From Coriobacteriales bacterium (GTDB lineage Bacteria > Actinomycetota > Coriobacteriia > Coriobacteriales > UBA8131): a stretch of DNA of 64,000 nt. The translations under genes and the position numbers were made by a program. Shown one piece after another: positions 54,920-62,870 of this stretch. How positions within the stretch are numbered: the stretch's first letter is position 1; each line of letters opens with the position of its first letter. Below the pieces are notes generated by a model. The model worked only from the letters and a program-made list of their open reading frames with translations. It was not told where the DNA came from and did not search any database. The stretch lies in contig JAITOC010000009.1 of assembly GCA_031290175.1 (NCBI GenBank), forward strand, positions 10,285-74,284. Direction: 5' to 3'.

Positions 54920-56314
54920 CTAGGGTAGCATCCCGATGACAGCGTCAGCTGTCCCGCCTGCTACCCCTTTGCCTACGTCGGCGGCGAGGGTTTGTTCTGC
55001 CTTTTCTGCGTCATCATCCTCATCCCTTGGTTCCGGGGTCTCAAAGCGGAGCTCTACCGCCCTGCCGTGCGCCCAGAGACCTTCAGCCTCGGCAAACGCC
55101 TTGATGGTGGCGGCGTCTTTGTCGAGGGCACCGTAGGAGTAACTGATAACGCTCGAACGCTTGATGAAGTCATCAACCGACAGCGGGCCTCGGTAACGTG
55201 CCGCACCGGAAGTCGGCAAGGTATGGTTGGGCCCGGCCACATAATCCCCCACGCTCTCTGGCGTCCAGGGACCGATGAAGATCGCGCCCGCGTTCTCGAT
55301 GAGTCCCAAGAGCTCAAAGGGCTGATCCATCTGTATCTCAAGGTGTTCCGGTGCAACGGTGTTGCTCGCAAGCAGCGCCGTTGCGAGATCGGGACACACG
55401 AAGACGGTGCAGTTGTTGTCGATGGCCTGCTTGGTCGTCTCCAGGCGCGGCGAGAGAGCGAGGAGCTTCTCGATTTCTTCGATAACCTCATCTACAAGGT
55501 CTTCATCGGTCGTGACGAGGTAGGTCCTCGCATCGGGGTCATGCTCTGCCTGGGCGAGCAGGTCTATGGCTATGAAGCCCGAGTCCGCTGTCTCGTCTGC
55601 GAGGATAAGCACCTCGGAAGGCCCGGCGATCATGTCGATGCCAACGTCTCCACTGACCAGGCGCTTTGCCGCACTCACATAAGCATTGCCCGGACCGGTA
55701 ATCTTGTCGACCGGGAGTATCTGATCGGTGCCGTAGGCAAGCGCGGCAATCGCCTGTGCGCCGCCGACCATGTATATCTCGGTAACCCCTGCAAGCTGTG
55801 CTGCGGCAAGCGTGACGTCGCTGATCCTGCCGTTTGCCTGCGGCGGCGAGACCATGACGATGCGCTGCACGCCGGCAACCTGCGCCGGGATGGCATTCAT
55901 GAGCACCGTAGAGGGGTATTGGGCGCGCCCGCCAGGCACGTAGATACCCGCACTCCCGACAGGGGTGACCTTGCTGCCGATAAAGGAGCCGTCTTCGCGG
56001 GTTGTAAACCAGCTCTGCTGCCGCTGGTGCTCATGGAACTCGGTGATGCGTTTGGCTGCCGTCTGCAATGCTGCGAGAAGCGTGGGGCTTACCTTGCGGA
56101 GTGCGCGCTGCGGCTCCAGCTCATCGACGCGGAACAGGGTGATATCCACGCCATCGAATTGCTTGGTGTACTCCTTGAGCGCGTCATCGCCCCGCGCCTG
56201 CACAGCTGCGATGATTGTTGCCACATTGCCCAGTATCTCGCTCTCAAGTGCAACAGCGCGCCCCAGCATCTCGGCACTTGGTCGTTCTCCCTCTTCGAGG
56301 TACTCGATTCTCAT
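54920..56314 (-). CDS. hisD: histidinol dehydrogenase
   Basis: 464 aa with a HisD-typical core (GPSEVLILAD, QAEHDP) plus an acidic C-terminal tail of about 35-40 aa not seen in the HisD proteins I recall. Confidence 0.93.
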   Translation of the reverse strand: MRIEYLEEGERPSAEMLGRAVALESEILGNVATIIAAVQARGDDALKEYTKQFDGVDITLFRVDELEPQRALRKVSPTLLAALQTAAKRITEFHEHQRQQSWFTTREDGSFIGSKVTPVGSAGIYVPGGRAQYPSTVLMNAIPAQVAGVQRIVMVSPPQANGRISDVTLAAAQLAGVTEIYMVGGAQAIAALAYGTDQILPVDKITGPGNAYVSAAKRLVSGDVGIDMIAGPSEVLILADETADSGFIAIDLLAQAEHDPDARTYLVTTDEDLVDEVIEEIEKLLALSPRLETTKQAIDNNCTVFVCPDLATALLASNTVAPEHLEIQMDQPFELLGLIENAGAIFIGPWTPESVGDYVAGPNHTLPTSGAARYRGPLSVDDFIKRSSVISYSYGALDKDAATIKAFAEAEGLWAHGRAVELRFETPEPRDEDDDAEKAEQTLAADVGKGVAGGTADAVIGMLP

Positions 56315-56317
56315 CCC

Positions 56318-57013
56318 TTATCCTCTCGTTTTGTCTGCTTCGGCTTCGTCTTTCTGGAGAACGCGCTTCAACTGTGCCGCCAGTTCACGTACACGCGAAT
56401 CGATGCGGGCGCTCGCGGGGTTGCCGACGAAACGGGCGGTCGATTCAAGCACCTCATCTACGATGACGAGGTTGTTCTCCCTCAAGGTCGTGCCAGTGGC
56501 GGTTATGTCCACGATACGTTCTGCCATACCGCACAGCGGTGCCAGTTCTATATTGCCGTGCATCTTCACGATCTCGACCTGCACACCCAAGATATCATAA
56601 TACTCCTTTGTGATGTGCGGATACTTGGTTGCAACACGAATCACACCGAGTCGCTGATAGGAGTCCTCGACAGCGCCCTCTGCCAAGGCGGGCTCGGCAA
56701 CGACGAATCGGCAGCGCCCGAACTTGAGGTCGACCAACTCAACTACCTCTAGGGCAGCTTCTGCCAGAGAGTCTCTGCCACAGATGGCGCAGTCCACGCC
56801 ACCATAACTGGCAAATACCGGAGCATCCGTCGGGCGCACGATGTAGAATTCAACGCCCTCGTTGTAGAGGACAAGCTGCCTCCCCGGATTATCGAGCCCG
56901 CTGATGTCGAGACCCGCCTTGCCGAGAAGGGCAACGCTTTCTTCGTACAACGCTCCTTTGGGGATGGCGATCTTGAGTCTGCTCTCCGGTGTCTTCTCAG
57001 GCATTACCATCAT
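56318..57013 (-). CDS. hisG: ATP phosphoribosyltransferase, short form
   Basis: About 228-231 aa containing LKIAIPKGALYEES. Several candidate Met starts lie between 57004 and 57013. It is paired with hisZ. Confidence 0.9.
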   Translation of the reverse strand: MMVMPEKTPESRLKIAIPKGALYEESVALLGKAGLDISGLDNPGRQLVLYNEGVEFYIVRPTDAPVFASYGGVDCAICGRDSLAEAALEVVELVDLKFGRCRFVVAEPALAEGAVEDSYQRLGVIRVATKYPHITKEYYDILGVQVEIVKMHGNIELAPLCGMAERIVDITATGTTLRENNLVIVDEVLESTARFVGNPASARIDSRVRELAAQLKRVLQKDEAEADKTRG

Positions 57014-58130
57014 CCTCCCCTGAGCTCAAGACAGTGCGTATCCCCTGCTCACGGAATCGTGCGGCTTCCAGAAAGGCGGCGGCTGGGTCATCCTCATCAA
57101 AGACAATATGCGCGACAGCAGGCTCTGAGCCAGAAGCTTCAGGCACGGTACCTTGTCCCAGAAGCGCGTGCATGACCCGTTCGAGCACGAAGGCAAAACC
57201 GGCCGCGGGGGCTTGCTTGCCAAAGGCTCCAAGCGTGCTGTCATAGCGGCCGCCGCTGCCCAAAGGGACACCCAAGCCGGGTGCATAGGCCTCGAAAACC
57301 AGACCGGTGTAGTAATCGAATGTGCTCATAACGCTGAAATCAACGGTGACGAACGCACCTGCACCCGCTCGCTCGATGACCTCATAGCAGCGCGCAAGCT
57401 CGTCAAGTCCGCCGGTACAACCCAGCGGATCAACAAGAGCTCGGCATGCCTTGATGGCCTCAAGCCCTCCGCGAAAACCGGGGAGCGTACGTATCGCCCG
57501 GCCATAACGGGGATCAACCCGGCTGCTCGATGCGAGCGTCTCTATGTCGACCAGATTGTTCTCATGAAAGGCCGCAAGAACCGCTGCCCGCCACGCTGCG
57601 TCAACATCGCCCTCATCGACGCAGATGTCGAGCAGATCGCGCAAGACCCCGACCGTGCAGATCGCCAAAGAGAAGCGCTCGAGCCCACAGGCCTTCAGCG
57701 CTTCGACGAGCAGGAGGATAACCTCGGCGTCCGCCACCGCTCCACTCATGCCTATGGACTCGATGCCAATCTGCGTGAACTCGCGCGCCTGCCCCCGAAG
57801 CGATTCGACCTCACGGAACACACGCTGCACGTAGCGGAGGCGCAACGGTTGACTCACATTGGGGAGGCGCGAAGCAACCATTCGGGCAATGGGCAAGGTC
57901 ACATCGGGTCGGAGCACAAGCAGGGCTCCATCTGAATCAAAGAGGCGGAAGGACGTCTGGTTGAGCGTGCCCGCCTGCTCAAGAACGTCAAGCACCTCAA
58001 GCGTGGGCGTCTCTATCGGCGCATAGCCCCAAAGCGAGAGTACTCTCTGGACATCGGTCGTGATACGCTCGCGCCAGCGCGCCTCTTCTGGTAAGACATC
58101 CTTGAACCCACGAGGGGTTACCGGTAACAT
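56997..58130 (-). CDS. hisZ: ATP phosphoribosyltransferase regulatory subunit (HisRS paralog)
   Basis: 377 aa with a HisRS-like catalytic core (PRGFKDVLPEE) but no anticodon-binding domain. It lies directly upstream of hisG. Confidence 0.88.
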   Translation of the reverse strand: MLPVTPRGFKDVLPEEARWRERITTDVQRVLSLWGYAPIETPTLEVLDVLEQAGTLNQTSFRLFDSDGALLVLRPDVTLPIARMVASRLPNVSQPLRLRYVQRVFREVESLRGQAREFTQIGIESIGMSGAVADAEVILLLVEALKACGLERFSLAICTVGVLRDLLDICVDEGDVDAAWRAAVLAAFHENNLVDIETLASSSRVDPRYGRAIRTLPGFRGGLEAIKACRALVDPLGCTGGLDELARCYEVIERAGAGAFVTVDFSVMSTFDYYTGLVFEAYAPGLGVPLGSGGRYDSTLGAFGKQAPAAGFAFVLERVMHALLGQGTVPEASGSEPAVAHIVFDEDDPAAAFLEAARFREQGIRTVLSSGEDDGNA

Positions 58131-58211
58131 ACATGCTCCCTACGGTTGCGTATTGTGGTATAGTTTTACTTTACCACAGTAGAGTGCTAAAGTGCAAGTG
58201 CACACCAGCTC

Positions 58212-59993
58212 TTATTGCAGGCGGATGCCGAGGTCGCGCAGTTGGCGGGAGTCTACAGGGGCGGGAGCACCGGTCATCGGGTCTCCACCGGATGAGGTCT
58301 TGGGGAAGGCGATGACGTCGCGGATGGAGTCGAAGCCGCCGAGCAACATGATGAGGCGGTCGAGGCCGAGCGCTATGCCGCCGTGCGGGGGCGCCCCAAA
58401 GCTCAAGGCATCCAGGAGAAAGCCGAACTGCGCCTGCGCCTCCTCATCGCTGAAGCCGAGTGCACGCAGAACGCGCAATTGCAGCTCGGGCTCGTGAATA
58501 CGCAGGGTGCCGCCACCGACCTCGTAGCCGTTCATGACCAGGTCATAGGAGTAGCTGCCACAGGCGAGCGGGTCTGATTCGATCTTGTCCAAATCCTCAT
58601 CAAGGATACGGGTGAAGGGGTGATGGTTGGCTGCATAGCGCTTCTCATCCGCGTCGTACTTGAACATCGGAAAGTTAACGACCCACAGTAGCTTATGCCC
58701 CGTGCGCTTAATACCGAGCAGGTCGGCGAGGTACAGGCGCACGGACGAGAGCGCTGCGCTGACGATCTCGAAATCGTCGGCGCCAAAGACCACCAGGTCG
58801 CCGTCCTGAACCCCGAGCCGTTCCTTGAGCTGCGCGAATTCATCATCGCTGAAGAACTTGATGATGGGCGACTTTGCCTCTCCCCCGCTCGTGAACGCTA
58901 TCCACGCCATGCCCTTTGCCCCGTGATCCGTGGCAACGGCGGCAACCTTGTCGATCTCGCCGCGGCTGAGGTCTCCTGCACCCTTGGCATTGATTGCCTT
59001 GACCACGCCGCCTGACTCGACGGCGGAGGCAAAGACCTTGAATCCGCTGCCCGCTACGATGTCTGAGACATCGACGAGCTCAAGCCCGAAGCGAGTGTCG
59101 GGGCGGTCGTTGCCAAAGCGCCCCATAGCCTCCTGGTAGCACATACGCTCAAGCGGGAAGGGATGTGTCTCGCCTGCTGCCGCGAGAACCTCTGCCATAA
59201 CATCTTCCATGAGTGCGATAACGTCATCCTCGCCGATGAAGGACATCTCGATGTCGAGCTGCGTAAACTCCGGTTGACGGTCGGCGCGCAGATCCTCGTC
59301 GCGAAAGCAGCGCGCAATCTGGTAGTAACGCTCCACGCCACCCATCATGAGTAGCTGCTTGAAGAGTTGCGGGCTTTGCGGAAGCGCATAGAAGGAACCC
59401 GCATTCGCGCGGCTGGGCACGAGGAAGTCGCGCGCACCTTCTGGAGTGGAACGCCCAAGGATGGGGGTCTCCACCTCAAGGAAGCCGCGATCATAAAGGG
59501 CACGATGCATCGCAGCGGTGACAGTCGAGCGCAGGCGCAAGGCTTGCAAGACCTCGGGGCGGCGGATGTCGAGATAGCGCCACTTCAGGCGCGTGAGCTC
59601 ATCGGTTTCGATACCGTCTTCAATGGCGAAAGGCGGCGTCTTGGCGGTATTGAGTATCTGCACCCCTGTGACGAGTACCTCTATCTCACCGGTGCTCATA
59701 TTGGGGTTGGCAGCCTCGTCGGGGCGGGGGCGCACAGTGCCGTCGATGAGGATGACCCACTCGGGGCGCATGCGCTCACCGCTGGCAAAGTCGGCACCGA
59801 TGGTCTCCGGGTCAAAGACGCATTGCGTGACGCCCATGCGGTCGCGCAGATCCACGAAGATGAGCCCACCGTGGTCGCGCCGGTGGTTGACCCAGCCAGT
59901 GAGGCGGACGTTCGTGCCCACGTCTGCAGCAGTCAACTCGCCGCAGGTGTGTGAGTGCATACTGTGGGTGTTCAAAACGCTGGTGTTGCTCAT
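58212..59993 (-). CDS. aspS: aspartyl-tRNA synthetase
   Basis: 593 aa bacterial-type class IIb enzyme containing RDHGGLIFVDLRD, FRDEDLRADRQPEFTQLD and GGIALGLDR. Confidence 0.95.
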   Translation of the reverse strand: MSNTSVLNTHSMHSHTCGELTAADVGTNVRLTGWVNHRRDHGGLIFVDLRDRMGVTQCVFDPETIGADFASGERMRPEWVILIDGTVRPRPDEAANPNMSTGEIEVLVTGVQILNTAKTPPFAIEDGIETDELTRLKWRYLDIRRPEVLQALRLRSTVTAAMHRALYDRGFLEVETPILGRSTPEGARDFLVPSRANAGSFYALPQSPQLFKQLLMMGGVERYYQIARCFRDEDLRADRQPEFTQLDIEMSFIGEDDVIALMEDVMAEVLAAAGETHPFPLERMCYQEAMGRFGNDRPDTRFGLELVDVSDIVAGSGFKVFASAVESGGVVKAINAKGAGDLSRGEIDKVAAVATDHGAKGMAWIAFTSGGEAKSPIIKFFSDDEFAQLKERLGVQDGDLVVFGADDFEIVSAALSSVRLYLADLLGIKRTGHKLLWVVNFPMFKYDADEKRYAANHHPFTRILDEDLDKIESDPLACGSYSYDLVMNGYEVGGGTLRIHEPELQLRVLRALGFSDEEAQAQFGFLLDALSFGAPPHGGIALGLDRLIMLLGGFDSIRDVIAFPKTSSGGDPMTGAPAPVDSRQLRDLGIRLQ

Positions 59994-61300
59994 ATCGTCG
60001 TGCTCACTTTCTCTACCAAATCATCCAGGGGTACGGTCTGCTCTTCAGAGCTTTGCATGTTGCGCAGGGTGACGACACCACGTGCCATCTCGTCTGGCCC
60101 GACGATGACGACAAAGAGTGCCCCGCTCCTGCCCGCCTGCTTGAACTGGGACTTCAGGGAGCGGCTCTGGTGGTCAAGCTCTGTGGCGATACCCACGTCA
60201 CGCAGGCGGTTCGCGAGCGAGAATGCCATCGCGCGCGTACTTGCGTCAACTGCGGCGATATACACCTGTGGGTGCGGCAGCGCGTAGCCTTCGGCACCAG
60301 CAGCCTGTAGCGCTAGAACGATGCGCTCGAAACCGACGGCAAAACCGAGGCCGGGAGTGGGCTTGCCGCCAAACTCGGCTATGAGCTTATCGTAGCGCCC
60401 GCCTCCACCGATGGCGTTCTGGGCACCGAGCCCGTCAACAACCTGAACCTCAAAGACGGTACGCGTGTAGTAGTCGAGACCGCGCACCAGGCACGGCTGC
60501 TCCACGTAGGTGATGGCTGCATCGTCAAGCAGGCTCTTCACCGTTGTGTAGTGCGCGGCACAGGAGGGGCAGAGCGCGTCGGTAATCGCTGGAGCATCGG
60601 TCATGATCTCCTGACACTTTGGATTCTTGCAGTCAAATGAGCGCAGCGGGTTCGTGTCGGCACGCCGCACGCACTCATCGCAGAGTTCGGTTGTGTGCGC
60701 GAGGATATAGGCGCGCACCTGCTCACGGTAGGCAGGGCGACAGTCGTCGTCACCCATGGAGTTGATGAGCAGGCGCATCGCATCTTGCGGAATGCCCAGG
60801 CTTTCGAAGAAGCGCATGAGCATGATGATGACCTCGGCGTCTGCGCTCGGCTCGGCAGACCCGATACATTCGGCACCGATCTGATGGAACTCGCGCAGGC
60901 GCCCCTTCTGCGGGCGCTCGTGCCGAAACATCGAGCCGGCGTACACGAGTTTGAGCGTTGCTGCCTCCGGGGGCACGAGATTGTGCTGGGCGATGGCGCG
61001 GGCGACCCCCGCCGTCTGCTCGGGGCGCAACGCAAGCGTGTCTGCCAGCGAGGGCTTCTCACCTGAAGCGATCTTCTCCACGGCATGCTGCGAGAAGGTA
61101 AGGAACATCTCCTTGCCCACAACGTCGGTGGCATCTCCGATTCCGCGGACAAAGACCTCAAGTTGCTCGAAAACGGGCGTCTCAATGGGCTGGTAACCGT
61201 ACAACCCAAAGGTCGCAAGCGCGACGGTGCGTATGCTGTTCCATGCGTGTGCCTGCTCGGGGAGCAGGTCAGTCGTACCGGTTGGTGCGCGGAGTGCCAT
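59990..61300 (-). CDS. hisS: histidyl-tRNA synthetase
   Basis: ATG 61300 gives MALRAPTGTTDLLPEQ, a canonical HisRS N-terminus. Also contains MFRHERPQKGRLREFHQ and GGGRYD. The track ORF extends to 61360. Confidence 0.93.
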   Translation of the reverse strand: MALRAPTGTTDLLPEQAHAWNSIRTVALATFGLYGYQPIETPVFEQLEVFVRGIGDATDVVGKEMFLTFSQHAVEKIASGEKPSLADTLALRPEQTAGVARAIAQHNLVPPEAATLKLVYAGSMFRHERPQKGRLREFHQIGAECIGSAEPSADAEVIIMLMRFFESLGIPQDAMRLLINSMGDDDCRPAYREQVRAYILAHTTELCDECVRRADTNPLRSFDCKNPKCQEIMTDAPAITDALCPSCAAHYTTVKSLLDDAAITYVEQPCLVRGLDYYTRTVFEVQVVDGLGAQNAIGGGGRYDKLIAEFGGKPTPGLGFAVGFERIVLALQAAGAEGYALPHPQVYIAAVDASTRAMAFSLANRLRDVGIATELDHQSRSLKSQFKQAGRSGALFVVIVGPDEMARGVVTLRNMQSSEEQTVPLDDLVEKVSTTI

Positions 61301-61431
61301 GTGAAGTCTTTCTGCTTGTAGCTGGACGGTGCGGTTGGGAGCCTGAGTATTGTACCGCAAAAGGACACGAGGTCGGTTGGGGCGTGGGGTCTTGTGCAGG
61401 GCTGACGGGAGACGAACTGACTCTCACCCCG

Positions 61432-62316
61432 TCATTGTGGGGCGGGGAGCATACAATCGGTGCTTTCTTGGCCTGCGATCATCCAGAGCTCAGGGGTGCT
61501 CTCGCCGTGAGTCACAAAGCCCTCTAGGGCGAGTGCGGAGAGGATGGCGGCGAGGGCGTCTTCCTCTACGTGAGAGCGTCCGGCATCGTGTTCCTGCGCA
61601 TTCAGACTCTGGAGTAGCTCGGTTGAGGTCGCGCCGTCGGGGGTTGCGAGCAGCATGCGCAGCAGAAAGGCGCGCTTCTGCCTGACTGACCCGATGTAGG
61701 CAGACTGCTGCGCGTGGTGCTTTGAACGCCGTGAAGGGTTTGGAAGTGTCCGCTTCAGGTAGTTGCCGTAGTCGAGCAGCGCATAATACCAGCTACGCGG
61801 ATCCTTCTCGTCACAGGTCTGCTCCACGAGAGAACGTATCTCGCTGTCTGCCACCCCATCCTGCCCCGCGAAGAAGTGATGGATGAAGACCGTGCGCACA
61901 TTTGTCTCAAGATAGACCTGAGGCTCGCCGTAGGCAAAAACGCACACGCCTGCTGCGGTCGCAGGCCCAACTCCTGGCAGCGCAAGTAGAGCCTCATAGC
62001 CGTGTGGGACACTTCCCCCCAACACGGAAGCACAGTGCTCGACGGCACGCTTGAGCGCGACTGCCCGCCGGTTGTAACCGAGCCCCTGCCATTGCGCGAG
62101 CACATCGGGCAGCGAGGCAGCCGCAAGAGCATCCAGAGTGGGAAACTTGAGAAGCCAGGGCTCCCAATGCTTAAGCACGCGGACGACCTGGGTTTGTTGA
62201 AGCATGATCTCTGAGAGCAGAACCTCATAGGGGTCGCGGGTCTCGCGCCAGGGCAACGTGCGATAGAGCCGTTCTCCCTCAGCCTTGACCAGGGAAATGA
62301 AGGCGTCGCACTCCAT
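61432..62316 (-). CDS. HhH-GPD DNA glycosylase of the MutY/EndoIII family, lacking the [4Fe-4S] Cys loop
   Basis: 294 aa with a MutY-like N-terminal domain (LPWRETRDPYEVLLSEIMLQQTQV, GLGYNRRA, LPGVGPATAAGV). The Cx6Cx2Cx5C loop is absent. The C-terminal region looks like a winged-helix rather than Nudix-like domain. Confidence 0.75.
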   Translation of the reverse strand: MECDAFISLVKAEGERLYRTLPWRETRDPYEVLLSEIMLQQTQVVRVLKHWEPWLLKFPTLDALAAASLPDVLAQWQGLGYNRRAVALKRAVEHCASVLGGSVPHGYEALLALPGVGPATAAGVCVFAYGEPQVYLETNVRTVFIHHFFAGQDGVADSEIRSLVEQTCDEKDPRSWYYALLDYGNYLKRTLPNPSRRSKHHAQQSAYIGSVRQKRAFLLRMLLATPDGATSTELLQSLNAQEHDAGRSHVEEDALAAILSALALEGFVTHGESTPELWMIAGQESTDCMLPAPQ

Positions 62317-62324
62317 GGCGGCAA

Positions 62325-62783
62325 TCAGTTGACCGGAGTCTTTGTGCGCGAGCGCTTGGGCACGAAACCGGTCAGACGGGCGGGCTCCCCCTCGATAAGC
62401 TCCTTGAGGCTCACTGAGTGAAAGTAGTCAGCAAGAAGGTTATTGGCACCAGCCCACACCTTATGGAAGGGACAGCCCTTTCGCCGCACGCACCAATCCT
62501 TGTCGTTCGTGCAAATGGCAATGCTGATGGGACCCTGCACCGATTCAATGAGATCGAAAAGCGTATAAACCGCTGGATCGATGGCAAGGAGCATCCCGCC
62601 GTGGGCGCCCCTAATGGTGTTCAGAATCCCCGAACGCGCCAAATCATGCTGAACGCTACGTGCAAAAGCATAGGGTACCCCTTGACTGAGCGCTGCTTCG
62701 CGCACAGACAGAGGCTTGCCCTCACTGAGAACAAGCTCGGCGATAAGCCTGATGGCGTAGTCAGTCCTGCGTGTGATTTCCAT
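62325..62783 (-). CDS. Rrf2 family transcriptional regulator with three-Cys cluster-ligand motif
   Basis: 152 aa starting MEITRRTDYAIRLIAEL. Has a Cx6Cx5C pattern (CTNDKDWCVRRKGC), as in IscR/NsrR-type members. Confidence 0.88.
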   Translation of the reverse strand: MEITRRTDYAIRLIAELVLSEGKPLSVREAALSQGVPYAFARSVQHDLARSGILNTIRGAHGGMLLAIDPAVYTLFDLIESVQGPISIAICTNDKDWCVRRKGCPFHKVWAGANNLLADYFHSVSLKELIEGEPARLTGFVPKRSRTKTPVN

Positions 62784-62812
62784 GAAACTCCAGTTTCCTA
62801 GTCTTCCTCAAA

Positions 62813-62830
62813 TGCTACTATTGTATAGCA
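62813..62830. promoter_or_regulatory. inverted repeat overlapping a TACAAT -10 element upstream of the Rrf2 gene (candidate autoregulatory operator)
   Basis: TGCTA-N8-TAGCA. On the minus strand the spacer contains TACAAT, about 40 nt upstream of the Rrf2 start. Confidence 0.3.
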
Positions 62831-62870
62831 CATTAGCTTCATGGGAAGTTTAGCATAAACGGCAGCACTC

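Noticed and set aside
54992-56752. Very long antisense ORFs: 586 aa here, plus 25682-27055, 35766-37034, 43013-44209, 29563-30387, 52513-53529 and 37887-39029.
   Set aside because: Each lies exactly opposite a gene with unmistakable conserved motifs (hisD/hisG, acsB/acsD, RACo, mtaB, acsA, hisH/hisB, AraC). Their translations are Arg/Gly/Asp/His-rich low-complexity sequence with no motifs. Stop-poor shadow frames like these are expected in GC-rich DNA.
61301-61431. Possible T-box or attenuator leader upstream of hisS. There is a hairpin TGACGGG...CCCGTCA right after the MutY-like stop, followed by a TACAAT.
   Set aside because: The region is only 131 nt, and I could find no specifier loop or T-box consensus. 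The hairpin is better explained as the upstream gene's terminator, followed by a simple promoter.
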